Of a stretch of 64,000 nt of DNA, positions 10,241 through 21,485 are shown piece by piece. Location of the stretch: positions 534,134 through 598,133 of the forward strand of contig CAVXGQ010000004.1 in assembly GCA_963761425.1 (NCBI GenBank). Reading direction: 5' to 3'. The position numbers and the translations under genes were made by a program. Every line of letters starts with the position of its first letter. Position 1 is the first letter of the stretch. Source of the stretch: an uncultured Acidimicrobiaceae bacterium. GTDB taxonomy: Bacteria; Actinomycetota; Acidimicrobiia; Acidimicrobiales; Bog-793. Below the pieces are notes generated by a model. It had not been told where the DNA came from. It saw only the letters and a list, made by a program, of their open reading frames with translations, and did not search any database.

Positions 10241-10891
10241 ATGGATGAGATCTCTCTCGTCGCAGAACCTCGCCGCGCCAGGGGCTCGCCCGCGACCCGG
10301 CGTCTTCGGCTGGGTGGCCGGGTGCCCGCGGTCGTCTATGGCCACGGGGTCACACCGATCCCCGTGAGCGTCGATGAGCGGGCGCTGCATGGCGCGTTGT
10401 CGACGGAGGCGGGCGCCAACGCGCTCATCGACCTCACCATCGGCAAGACCCACCACCTGGCGTTGGCCCGGGAGCTCCAGCGTCATCCGGTACACCAGAC
10501 GGTCGCCCATGTCGACTTCATCGTCGTGCGCCGGGACGAGATCGTCTCGGCCGAGGTCCCGGTGACGCTGGTGGGCGAGGCTCTGGCGGTCAGTCGCGCC
10601 GGAGGGACGGTGGAACAGCTGCTGCTGTCGGTCGACGTGCGGGCCAAACCGGCCGACATCCCGCGTTCTTTCGAGGTCGAAATCACCGACCTCGATATCG
10701 GCGAGGCGATACGCCTGTCCTCGGTCGTGATCCCGCCGGGGGTGACGCTTGAGACCGATCCGGACTCCCCGGTGGTCGCCGGTCACGCGGCCCGGGTGGA
10801 GGCCGTCGAGGTTCCCGCCGAGGAGGAGGCTGAGGCCCCGCCGGCCGAGCCTGGAGTCGAGACCCCGACGGACGAAGTCGCCGGGAGCTGA
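10241..10891 (+). CDS. rplY: 50S ribosomal protein L25/general stress protein Ctc
   Basis: ATG at 10241. Sequence RLRLGGRVPAVVYGHG...ALIDL...RELQRHPV...HVDF. Acidic C-terminal tail. Position between prs and pth. Confidence 0.85.
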   Translation: MDEISLVAEPRRARGSPATRRLRLGGRVPAVVYGHGVTPIPVSVDERALHGALSTEAGANALIDLTIGKTHHLALARELQRHPVHQTVAHVDFIVVRRDEIVSAEVPVTLVGEALAVSRAGGTVEQLLLSVDVRAKPADIPRSFEVEITDLDIGEAIRLSSVVIPPGVTLETDPDSPVVAGHAARVEAVEVPAEEEAEAPPAEPGVETPTDEVAGS

Positions 10892-11514
10892 CGACGCTCC
10901 TCGGCCGCCGGTCAGGACGAGCGAGGGAAGGTGCGGCCGCCGACCTCCTCGCGGTCGGCCTGGGCAACCCGGGAAACGAGTTCGCCCACACCCGTCACAA
11001 CGTTGGCGCCGACGCCGTCGCGCTGATCGCTCAGCGCCACGGGGTGGTGCTGCGTTCTGAACGGGGGACCTTCTCGCGAGCCGCCCAGGTGGTCGGAGAC
11101 CACCGCCGGCTCGCGCTGGCGGTCCCCTTCACCTTCATGAACGAGTCCGGGGTCGCGTTGGCGGCGCTCACCCGGCGGTACTCAATCGACGAGCCTTCGT
11201 CGCTCGTCGTCGTTCACGACGAGCTCGACCTCCCGGTCGGCGTGCTCCGGGTCAAGCTCGGTGGGGGGACCGCCGGTCACAACGGCCTGAAATCGGCCGA
11301 GCACCACCTCGGGACGCTCGAATTCGTCCGGGTCCGGATCGGCATCGGAAAGCCGCCCGGGCGCATGTCCGGTGCGGATTACGTCCTACGTCGGCCGTCG
11401 GCGGTCGAGTTCGAGCTCCTCGCGGCGGCTGTCGAAAGGGCCGCCGACGCCGTAGAGCTCATCTTCGGTTCCGGGCTCGACGCCGCGATGGGTGCGGTGA
11501 ACGCCGGAGGATGA
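10888..11514 (+). CDS. pth: peptidyl-tRNA hydrolase (start codon unresolved)
   Basis: The conserved N-terminal motifs GLGNPGNEF (GGC at 10957) and HTRHNVG lie in frame upstream of the first ATG/GTG/TTG (GTG 11044). The only in-frame candidate is CTG 10888, which overlaps the rplY stop. A 1-nt indel after the out-of-frame GTG 10931 is the alternative. C-terminal motifs: HDELDLPVG, GGTAGHNGLKS. Confidence 0.8.
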   Translation: MTTLLGRRSGRAREGAAADLLAVGLGNPGNEFAHTRHNVGADAVALIAQRHGVVLRSERGTFSRAAQVVGDHRRLALAVPFTFMNESGVALAALTRRYSIDEPSSLVVVHDELDLPVGVLRVKLGGGTAGHNGLKSAEHHLGTLEFVRVRIGIGKPPGRMSGADYVLRRPSAVEFELLAAAVERAADAVELIFGSGLDAAMGAVNAGG

Positions 11515-14500
11515 ACGCACCGCTCGCGCCGCTGGTCGGGAAGCTGCGCGCCGAGCCGGCGCTCGTCGAGCTGGCGGCCGCGGGTGACGCCGCCGTCGCC
11601 GATCCCGCCCGCGCCTTCGTGCTGGCGGAACTGGCCGCCTTGGGGAACGCGCCGGTCATGCTCGTCGCCACGCCGACCGGCGTGGAGGCCGACCGGCTGG
11701 CCCATGATCTCGGCGTCTTCCATGACCCGGCGAGAGTCGTCATGCTTCCCGCCTGGGAGACGCTGCCACTCGAGCGGGTCTCACCCGCCGTCGAGACCAT
11801 GGGGGCGCGTCTGCGGACACTCTGGTGGATCGACCGGGCGCAGCGGCATGACCTAGGCGACTGGGAGAGAGGGGACGCGACCTTGGTCGTCGTCGCGCCG
11901 ATCCGGGCCTTGCTGCAGCGTCTGGCGGCGACCCCGGCCGAGGCGGCGCCGATAGTGGTCCGCCCAGGCGACGAGATCGATCCCGCCGCGCTCGCCGCGC
12001 AGCTGGTTGCCGCCGGTTACCGCCGGGAGTACCAGGTCGAACACCGCGGTGAGGTGGCGGTGCGGGGGGGCATCGTCGATCTGTTCCCGTCGACCGGGGA
12101 CAACGGCGTGCGGGTCGATTGTTTCGGCGATCTGGTCGAACGGCTCACTGTCTTTGACGTCGCCGATCAGCGCAGCGTGGCCGACCTCGACTCGGTCGAG
12201 GTGTTCGGCTGCCGGGAGTTCCGCATCTCCGCGGCGCGACGGTCCACCGCCGAGAAGCTGGCCGCCACCGCTCCGTTCGCCCGGGAGCAGTTCGAAAGGA
12301 TCGCCGACGGCGAGGTCTTCGACGGGATCGAGTCTTTCCTGCCGTGGCTCGACGAGGGCGAGCGTCTCGTCACCGATCTGCTCGGCGCAGTCGACCGCAT
12401 GGTGCTCGTGGAGCCGCGGCGGATGCGCGATCGCGCCGCCGAGATCATCGACGAGGAGGAGGCGCTGGCGGCCTCGCTCGCCGAGACCTGGCTTCCGGTC
12501 GGCTCACCCGTGGGGCCCGGGGAGACGGCCCACCCGGCGTTGCACGCGCCGTTCGACCGGCTGCTCGCGGCGACCTCGGTGCCGGTCGCCTCGTTGCTGG
12601 CGACGGCCGAGGGCCCGGGCACCGAGACCGTCCGGGTGGCCGGCTGGCCTCAGGCCTTCGGCGACGCCGCGCCGCTCGCCCGCCGGATCGGCGAGCTCAC
12701 CCGGGCCGGCGGAGTCGTCGCCGTCGCCGCGGAGGGGGTGGGCAGCGCCACCCGCATCGCCGAGGTCCTCGACGAGGCCGGGGTGGTCGTCGACCGGCTG
12801 GAGATGGCGCCGGACGCCGTGGAGCGGCGCACCGCAGCCCTGCGACGGCCCGGGGCCCACGTCGTCGTGGCCTCGTTGGACCGAGGCTTCGTGCTCGAGG
12901 ACGCCGGCGTCGCCGTGTTGGCCGAGGCCGACCTGACCGGTCGGCATCGCCCGCACCGGGTGCCCCGGGCGCGGGCCCGACCGGTCGAGGGCTTCTTCGA
13001 CGATCTGGTCGTCGGCAGCTACGTGGTTCACCACGTCCACGGCGTCGCCCGCTATGCCGGCATGGTCCGACGGGGCGTGGCGGGGACGGAACGCGACTAC
13101 CTCCTCCTGGAGTACCGGGGAGGAGACCGGCTCTACGTCCCTTCGGACCAGATCGACGCCATCACGCCGTACACGGGGGGAGAGCACCCCACGCTCAGCC
13201 GGTTGAACGGCACCGATTGGCAGCGGAACCGGGCCCGCGTGCGCCAGGCGGTGCGGGCTATCGCGCAGGAGCTCGTGGTCCTTTACCGGCGTCGCCTGGC
13301 CTCGCCGGGCCACGCCTTTCCCCTTGACACCCCGTGGCAGGCCGAGCTGGAGCAGTCCTTCCCCTATCCCGAGACCGCCGACCAGCTGCGGGCGGTGGCG
13401 GAAGTGAAGGCGGACATGGAGCGCCCGATCCCGATGGACCGCCTGGTGTGCGGCGACGTCGGCTTTGGAAAGACCGAGGTGGCGGTGCGCGCCGCCTTCA
13501 AGGCGGTCCAGGACGGCCTGCAGGTCGCCGTGCTGGTTCCCACCACCATCCTCGCCCGGCAGCACTACCAGACGATCGCCGACCGCTTCGCGCCCTATCC
13601 GGTGCGGGTCGAGATGCTCTCGCGCTTTCTGACCCCCCACGAGGCCGCGGCGGTGGTCAGGGGCCTCGGCGACGGCACCGTCGACTTGGTCGTCGCCACC
13701 CACCGTCTGCTCGCCGAGGACATCCGTTTCCGCCAGCTGGGCCTGTTGGTCGTGGACGAGGAGCAGCGGTTCGGGGTTAATCAGAAAGAGGCCATCAAGA
13801 AGCTGGCCATCGGCGTCGACGTGCTGACCCTGACGGCCAACCCGATCCCGCGCACCTTGGAGATGGGTCTCACCGGGATCCGGGACCTCTCGGTCATCGA
13901 CAACCCCCCCGCCGAGCGACAGCCGATCCTCACCTACGTCGGGGAGGAGGACGACCGCGCCGTCGGCGAGGCGATCCGTCGGGAGCTGTTGCGGGAGGGC
14001 CAGGTCTTTTTCGTCCACAACCGCGTCCAGGGGATCGAGCAGGTCGCCGCCCGGGTGGCGGCGCTCGCCCCCGAGGCGCGAGTGGCGATCGCCCACGGCC
14101 AGATGGACGAGGGCAGCCTGGAGCGCACCGTCGTCGACTTCGCCGAGGGGCGTTATGACGTGCTGGTGTGCACGACGATCATCGAGTCGGGCATCGACAT
14201 GCCGACGGTGAACACCCTGGTCGTCGACCGCGCCGACCTTTTGGGCCTGGGACAGCTCCACCAGTTGCGCGGCCGGGTCGGTCGCTCCTCGTCGCGGGCT
14301 TACGCCTACCTGTTCCACCCGCGCGATCGGGTGCTCACCGAGCAGGCCTACGAACGGCTCCGCACCATCGGTGAGCACACCGAGCTCGGGTCGGGGTTCA
14401 AGATCGCCATGCGCGACCTCGAGATCCGCGGCGCCGGCAGCCTGCTCGGGACCGACCAGTCCGGTCACATCGCCGCGGTGGGCTACGACCTGTACGTCCG

Positions 14501-15041
14501 ATTGGTTGCCGAAGCCGTCGCCGAGCTGAAAGGCGAGGAGGTCCCTCAGCCGAGCGAGGTCCGGCTCGACGTGCCGCTCGACGCCCACCTGCCGGCGAGC
14601 TACGTCGGTCGGGAGGACCTCCGTCTGGAGGCTTATCGCCGGCTCGCCGGGGTGCGTGACGCCGCCGAGGTCGACGACATCGGCGCCGAGTGGCTCGACC
14701 GCTACGGGCCGCTGCCGCCGGCGGCGTCGTCGCTGCTGGAAATCGCCCGCCTGCGTGCCGAGTGCACACGCGTCGGCGTGACCGAGGTGACGGTGGTCCC
14801 GGTGCGGCCCGGGTCGATCGGTCCGGGCCGTCCCGGCGAGGCGGTGGCCCGTCTCACCCCGCTCCGCCTCCCCGCCTCGGCCCGGGTCCGGCTCACCCGA
14901 CTGGCGCCCCGGGCGGTGCTGAAAGAGGACCCCCCCCAGCTCGTCGTGCCGCTGGCGGGTGGACCGCGACTCGCCGCCGACCTGGAGGCGCTGCTCGCGG
15001 CGCTCCTTCCCGCCGGCGCCGGGGTCGGGCCGAAGGAATAG
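11511..15041 (+). CDS. mfd: transcription-repair coupling factor
   Basis: 1176 aa. ATGA overlap with the pth stop. CarD-like segment (VVHHVHGVARY), helicase motifs GDVGFGKTEVA, DEEQRFG, TATPIPRT-like TANPIPRT and QLHQLRGRVGR, and a TRCF C-terminal domain. Confidence 0.93.
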   Translation: MNAPLAPLVGKLRAEPALVELAAAGDAAVADPARAFVLAELAALGNAPVMLVATPTGVEADRLAHDLGVFHDPARVVMLPAWETLPLERVSPAVETMGARLRTLWWIDRAQRHDLGDWERGDATLVVVAPIRALLQRLAATPAEAAPIVVRPGDEIDPAALAAQLVAAGYRREYQVEHRGEVAVRGGIVDLFPSTGDNGVRVDCFGDLVERLTVFDVADQRSVADLDSVEVFGCREFRISAARRSTAEKLAATAPFAREQFERIADGEVFDGIESFLPWLDEGERLVTDLLGAVDRMVLVEPRRMRDRAAEIIDEEEALAASLAETWLPVGSPVGPGETAHPALHAPFDRLLAATSVPVASLLATAEGPGTETVRVAGWPQAFGDAAPLARRIGELTRAGGVVAVAAEGVGSATRIAEVLDEAGVVVDRLEMAPDAVERRTAALRRPGAHVVVASLDRGFVLEDAGVAVLAEADLTGRHRPHRVPRARARPVEGFFDDLVVGSYVVHHVHGVARYAGMVRRGVAGTERDYLLLEYRGGDRLYVPSDQIDAITPYTGGEHPTLSRLNGTDWQRNRARVRQAVRAIAQELVVLYRRRLASPGHAFPLDTPWQAELEQSFPYPETADQLRAVAEVKADMERPIPMDRLVCGDVGFGKTEVAVRAAFKAVQDGLQVAVLVPTTILARQHYQTIADRFAPYPVRVEMLSRFLTPHEAAAVVRGLGDGTVDLVVATHRLLAEDIRFRQLGLLVVDEEQRFGVNQKEAIKKLAIGVDVLTLTANPIPRTLEMGLTGIRDLSVIDNPPAERQPILTYVGEEDDRAVGEAIRRELLREGQVFFVHNRVQGIEQVAARVAALAPEARVAIAHGQMDEGSLERTVVDFAEGRYDVLVCTTIIESGIDMPTVNTLVVDRADLLGLGQLHQLRGRVGRSSSRAYAYLFHPRDRVLTEQAYERLRTIGEHTELGSGFKIAMRDLEIRGAGSLLGTDQSGHIAAVGYDLYVRLVAEAVAELKGEEVPQPSEVRLDVPLDAHLPASYVGREDLRLEAYRRLAGVRDAAEVDDIGAEWLDRYGPLPPAASSLLEIARLRAECTRVGVTEVTVVPVRPGSIGPGRPGEAVARLTPLRLPASARVRLTRLAPRAVLKEDPPQLVVPLAGGPRLAADLEALLAALLPAGAGVGPKE

Positions 15042-15078
15042 TCGGTTGGCTCCGCACCCGGTCGGCCCGTACCATCGA

Positions 15079-16140
15079 GTGACCGTGCACCGGATCCCGG
15101 TAGTCCTCGGTGTCGTGCTCGTCGCGGCGTTGGCGCTCGGCGCCTGTGACGCCCAGTTCACGCCGTTCGCCGCTCGCGTCGACGGCGCGGCCGTCTCGCA
15201 GTCAAACCTCGACGCCGCGCTGGACTCGGTGGCGATCGACCCGGGCTACCGGTGCCTGGTCGAATCGGCTTCCGGCGGCAAGACCGGTGTGATCGGCGTC
15301 GTGCCGGGAACCTACAACGCGGCCTTCGTCGCCGACTCGCTCTCGTTGCTCATCGAAGCCGAAGCCATCCACGTGGTGGTCTCCCGGCGGGGGCTCGCCG
15401 AGGGAGCGCTCGCCACCCAGCTCGCCCGGGATCAGATCACCACGGACCTGTCGCCCGGGAGCGGCTCGACGTGCGAGGTTACCGGCGCCCAGGTGTTCGC
15501 CGGTCTGGCGGAACCGTTCCGCACCTCCCTCGTCGAGCTCCGGGCCGACGAGGACGCGCTCGCCGCCCACGCCGTCGGGGTGGAGCTCACCTCCGCCGGG
15601 GTCGCCGCCTACGAGCGGCACCACCGTGCCACGACCACTCTCGACTGCACCTGGGCGATCGAGATCGCCTCCGAGGACAAGGCGGCGCAGCTGGCGGTGG
15701 CGATCGACCACGGGGTCAGCTTCGCCGAAGTCGCCCGCAAGGACTCGCTCGACGCCGCCTCGGCGGACCGGGGGGGCGACCTCGGGTGCATCTTGCCGGC
15801 GACCCTCCGGAGCCCGCTCGGGAAGGATGTCGAACGGCTTTCCCTGGGTCGGCTCTCCAGTCCGATCCCGTTCGGGAAGTACTGGCTGCTCTTTCGGGTC
15901 ACCCGCCGTCCCGTGGCCCCGCTCAGTGAGGCTGCGGCGGTGGCGGTCGGCGCCGGCACGGCCGCCGCCCAGAAGCAGCTCAGCGCCATCGTCGTCGCCG
16001 CCCACATCTCCGTCGACCCCACCTTCGGCAGCTGGGCAAAGGTCTCCGGCACCTGGACGGTGCGCCCACCGAGCGGTCCGCCGGTCGACTTGGTGCCGAA
16101 CCCCTCGGCGGTCATGGCCGGAACCGACCCCGCCCACTAG
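15079..16140 (+). CDS. parvulin (PpiC)-type peptidyl-prolyl isomerase, probable lipoprotein
   Basis: GTG at 15079 or 15085. Signal peptide with lipobox-like ALALGAC. C-terminal region IEIASEDKAAQLAVAIDHGVSFAEVARKDSLDAASADRGGDLGC...GRLSSPIPFGKYWLLFRV fits the PpiC rotamase pattern. Confidence 0.65.
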   Translation: MTVHRIPVVLGVVLVAALALGACDAQFTPFAARVDGAAVSQSNLDAALDSVAIDPGYRCLVESASGGKTGVIGVVPGTYNAAFVADSLSLLIEAEAIHVVVSRRGLAEGALATQLARDQITTDLSPGSGSTCEVTGAQVFAGLAEPFRTSLVELRADEDALAAHAVGVELTSAGVAAYERHHRATTTLDCTWAIEIASEDKAAQLAVAIDHGVSFAEVARKDSLDAASADRGGDLGCILPATLRSPLGKDVERLSLGRLSSPIPFGKYWLLFRVTRRPVAPLSEAAAVAVGAGTAAAQKQLSAIVVAAHISVDPTFGSWAKVSGTWTVRPPSGPPVDLVPNPSAVMAGTDPAH

Positions 16141-19423
<3,283 letters not shown>

Positions 19424-19466
19424 GCGAATCACGACCCGGCCGTCGGGGCCTGGCGGTCGGACCCCG

Positions 19467-19928
19467 GTGGTAGCGGCCGTGTCGGCGGGGACGCCGAGGG
19501 CGCACCCCCGCAGCCGTGGGGCGCAAGGGCGCCCAGCCAAGGACGCGCCCGAGGTGCTCACCGTGGCGAGCCGAGCCGGTCTCGACGCTGGCGGATTAGC
19601 GTGCCTCGGCGAGGTGATGGGTAGCTACGTGTACCACCTCGGGCCTCGGGGCCGACGCCACGGGCTTGGCAGTCTCGGGCGCGAAGTTGAGGCCCGGATT
19701 CCCGCCGGGGCCGTCGATGACGCGGGCCAGCTCGCGATGAGCCGGATGCCAACCGACGCCGAGCCGTTCCCCGCCCGGGGGATCTTCGGCGTCCCAGTCC
19801 GGTCCCTCGCCCACCGCGGCGCCGGTCCGACGGCGGCGTTATTCGCCATCGGTGCGCTGGCGGGCGCCGGGCGTTCCGACCACCCCATCGCGACCCCCGG
19901 GATCGTGCTGCCGCTCACCTACCGGTGA
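19467..19928 (+). CDS. hypothetical protein (weak call)
   Basis: High third-position G+C in this frame when codons were read by eye. The stop overlaps the next ORF's start as GTGA (19925-19928). The sequence is Arg/Gly/Ala-rich with no motif. A competing 72-aa antisense ORF lies at 19596..19814. Confidence 0.3.
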   Translation: MVAAVSAGTPRAHPRSRGAQGRPAKDAPEVLTVASRAGLDAGGLACLGEVMGSYVYHLGPRGRRHGLGSLGREVEARIPAGAVDDAGQLAMSRMPTDAEPFPARGIFGVPVRSLAHRGAGPTAALFAIGALAGAGRSDHPIATPGIVLPLTYR

Positions 19929-20347
19929 CTGAGGAGCCGACCTCCGGGCCGGGCCCGACCCCGGTCGAACTCCTCGCCGCGGCGCTCCGGGCCGACGACG
20001 CCGACCTCGGTTCGTACGCGCGAATGTTATGGGGCGCCTTCGCAGAATCGCTGCCGGCCGGGATGCTCGAGGTGGTCCGCGAGCGCACGGTTGCTGACCG
20101 TGTTGCCGGCAGGAGAGGCGAGATCCGGATGATCCGCGCCCACTTCGGCGCGGTGGTCCTGGAGCTCGCCGAGGGGCGTGCCGCGGCGGTCGGCACGGTG
20201 GTGCGCCAGGTGCGCGGCGTGATCATCAGCCGCCGACAGGTCGACCTCGACGAGTGGAGGCGGTTGTTGGCGACCGAGCTCACCCGTTTCGCGGCCGAAC
20301 ACACCGCGGCGCGTCAAGCGCTGGCCCGCATCTTGAGCCGGGAGTGA
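19925..20347 (+). CDS. hypothetical protein (140 aa)
   Basis: ORF 19925..20347 with GTG start. Codon pattern and composition look coding. No family recognised. Confidence 0.5.
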   Translation: MTEEPTSGPGPTPVELLAAALRADDADLGSYARMLWGAFAESLPAGMLEVVRERTVADRVAGRRGEIRMIRAHFGAVVLELAEGRAAAVGTVVRQVRGVIISRRQVDLDEWRRLLATELTRFAAEHTAARQALARILSRE

Positions 20348-20349
20348 CC

Positions 20350-21384
20350 CTAGAAGCCGAGCATCGCCGAGCAGGCGGGCCAGGGGCGCCAGCCGTCGCG
20401 CTGGTAGAGCAGGTAGGCGGCGGAGTCCTGCGTCGCCGGCGACGCGTCACTCGGCAGGCCGGTCTCGCCGAGCCCGAGCCAGGTCGGGAGCGAGAACTGG
20501 TAGGCGCCGTAGTAGCCGTTCCCGGTGTCATCCTGGTAGTTCCCACTCGCCTCGCAGTTGCGCAGGGCGGCGAAATCCTGGTTGAGCGATCCGCCCGGGA
20601 TCGGCGAGCTCCCGATGCCCTTCGTTCCCGCCAAGGACGGCGGACCCGTCTGGTTCCCGGCGGCGGACTTGGCGGCTGCCGCCTTCAGCGCGGCGGCCTG
20701 CTGGGCGGCCAGCTGGGCTGCGACAAGCGCGGCCAGCTGGCCCTGAACCGAGTCGTAGAGCTGTTGCTCGCGCTGCAGCGTGCCGAGGACGGCCGTGCGC
20801 GTGGTCGTCGTGCGGGCCAGGGCGAGCTTGGCGACGCTGGCGTCGTGCATCTCGGCGGCGAGCGAGACCTGCAGACGTGACTGTTCGCCCTCGTAGCTCG
20901 CGATCGTCGCGTTGAGCTTGCCCTCGGAGTAGCGGAGGTAGGTCTGCTCCACCTGCCCATTGTCGGGCTTTTCGATGAGCAAGCTCCCCAGGTCGGTCGT
21001 GGTGCCGGCGTCGACGTAGGCACCAATCGCCGCGGCGGTCATCGCGGCACGGTCGCGGACCAGCACGCTCGCGATCCGGCTCGCCACCCGGGAGGTGATC
21101 CTGGCGGCGGCGCTCGCCCGCTCATAGTCGGACCGGGCGGTGAGGTACTGCTCGCCCAGCGCGTTGAGCTCGTTTTCGTCCGCGGCCAGCCGGGCCGCGA
21201 TGGCGCTCGCCTCGGCCTGGAGGCTCCCGGTCGTTCCGGTCCCGGCGGCGGCGGGCGCGGCGGCGGCGAGCAGGCCCACGAGGACCACGACCGCCGCGAC
21301 GCGGGCCGCCCCGGTCCGTGTCGTCCCGCCGAACCGCCCTCGTCCGTGGCGGCCGCGGATCGCGCCCTCGGCAGCGTCAGGCAC
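20350..21384 (-). CDS. secreted coiled-coil protein with a C-terminal Rpf-like transglycosylase domain
   Basis: Signal/TM segment VAAVVVLVGLLAAAAPAAAG and a long Ala/Gln/Leu-rich coiled coil. The C-terminal LRNCEASGNYQDDTGNGYYGAYQFSLPTWLGLG...QDSAAYLLYQRDGWRPWPAC matches the resuscitation-promoting-factor transglycosylase-like domain pattern. Confidence 0.7.
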   Translation of the reverse strand: MPDAAEGAIRGRHGRGRFGGTTRTGAARVAAVVVLVGLLAAAAPAAAGTGTTGSLQAEASAIAARLAADENELNALGEQYLTARSDYERASAAARITSRVASRIASVLVRDRAAMTAAAIGAYVDAGTTTDLGSLLIEKPDNGQVEQTYLRYSEGKLNATIASYEGEQSRLQVSLAAEMHDASVAKLALARTTTTRTAVLGTLQREQQLYDSVQGQLAALVAAQLAAQQAAALKAAAAKSAAGNQTGPPSLAGTKGIGSSPIPGGSLNQDFAALRNCEASGNYQDDTGNGYYGAYQFSLPTWLGLGETGLPSDASPATQDSAAYLLYQRDGWRPWPACSAMLGF

Positions 21385-21485
21385 AAAAAGACGTTAGCCA
21401 AGGACCACTCCCGCCCGTGGGTCCGCGCCGCCTTCCCGGCCCGCCGGGAGAACCGGGCCGGTCGCCGCGCTTCTAAGCTGCGACG

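Noticed and set aside
12504-15161. Long antisense or out-of-frame ORFs across housekeeping genes. Examples: 885 aa opposite mfd, 699 aa at 7722..9821 opposite glmU/prs, 646 aa at 15202..17142, 574 aa at 5992..7716, and 554 aa at 30795..32459.
   Set aside because: All are Arg/Gly/Pro/Asp-rich with no motifs. They overlap genes with unambiguous family signatures on the other strand or frame, which is the typical high-G+C artefact.
19596-19814. A 72-aa minus-strand ORF (MGEGPDWDAEDPPGGERLGVGWHPAHRELARVIDGPGG...) that looks protein-like.
   Set aside because: Its third codon positions coincide with the first positions of the + frame. The + frame shows higher third-position G+C and ends in a GTGA coupling overlap with the next gene. 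The ORF is bounded by a stop just upstream, and no family was recognised. It is kept only as an alternative to the weak + strand call.
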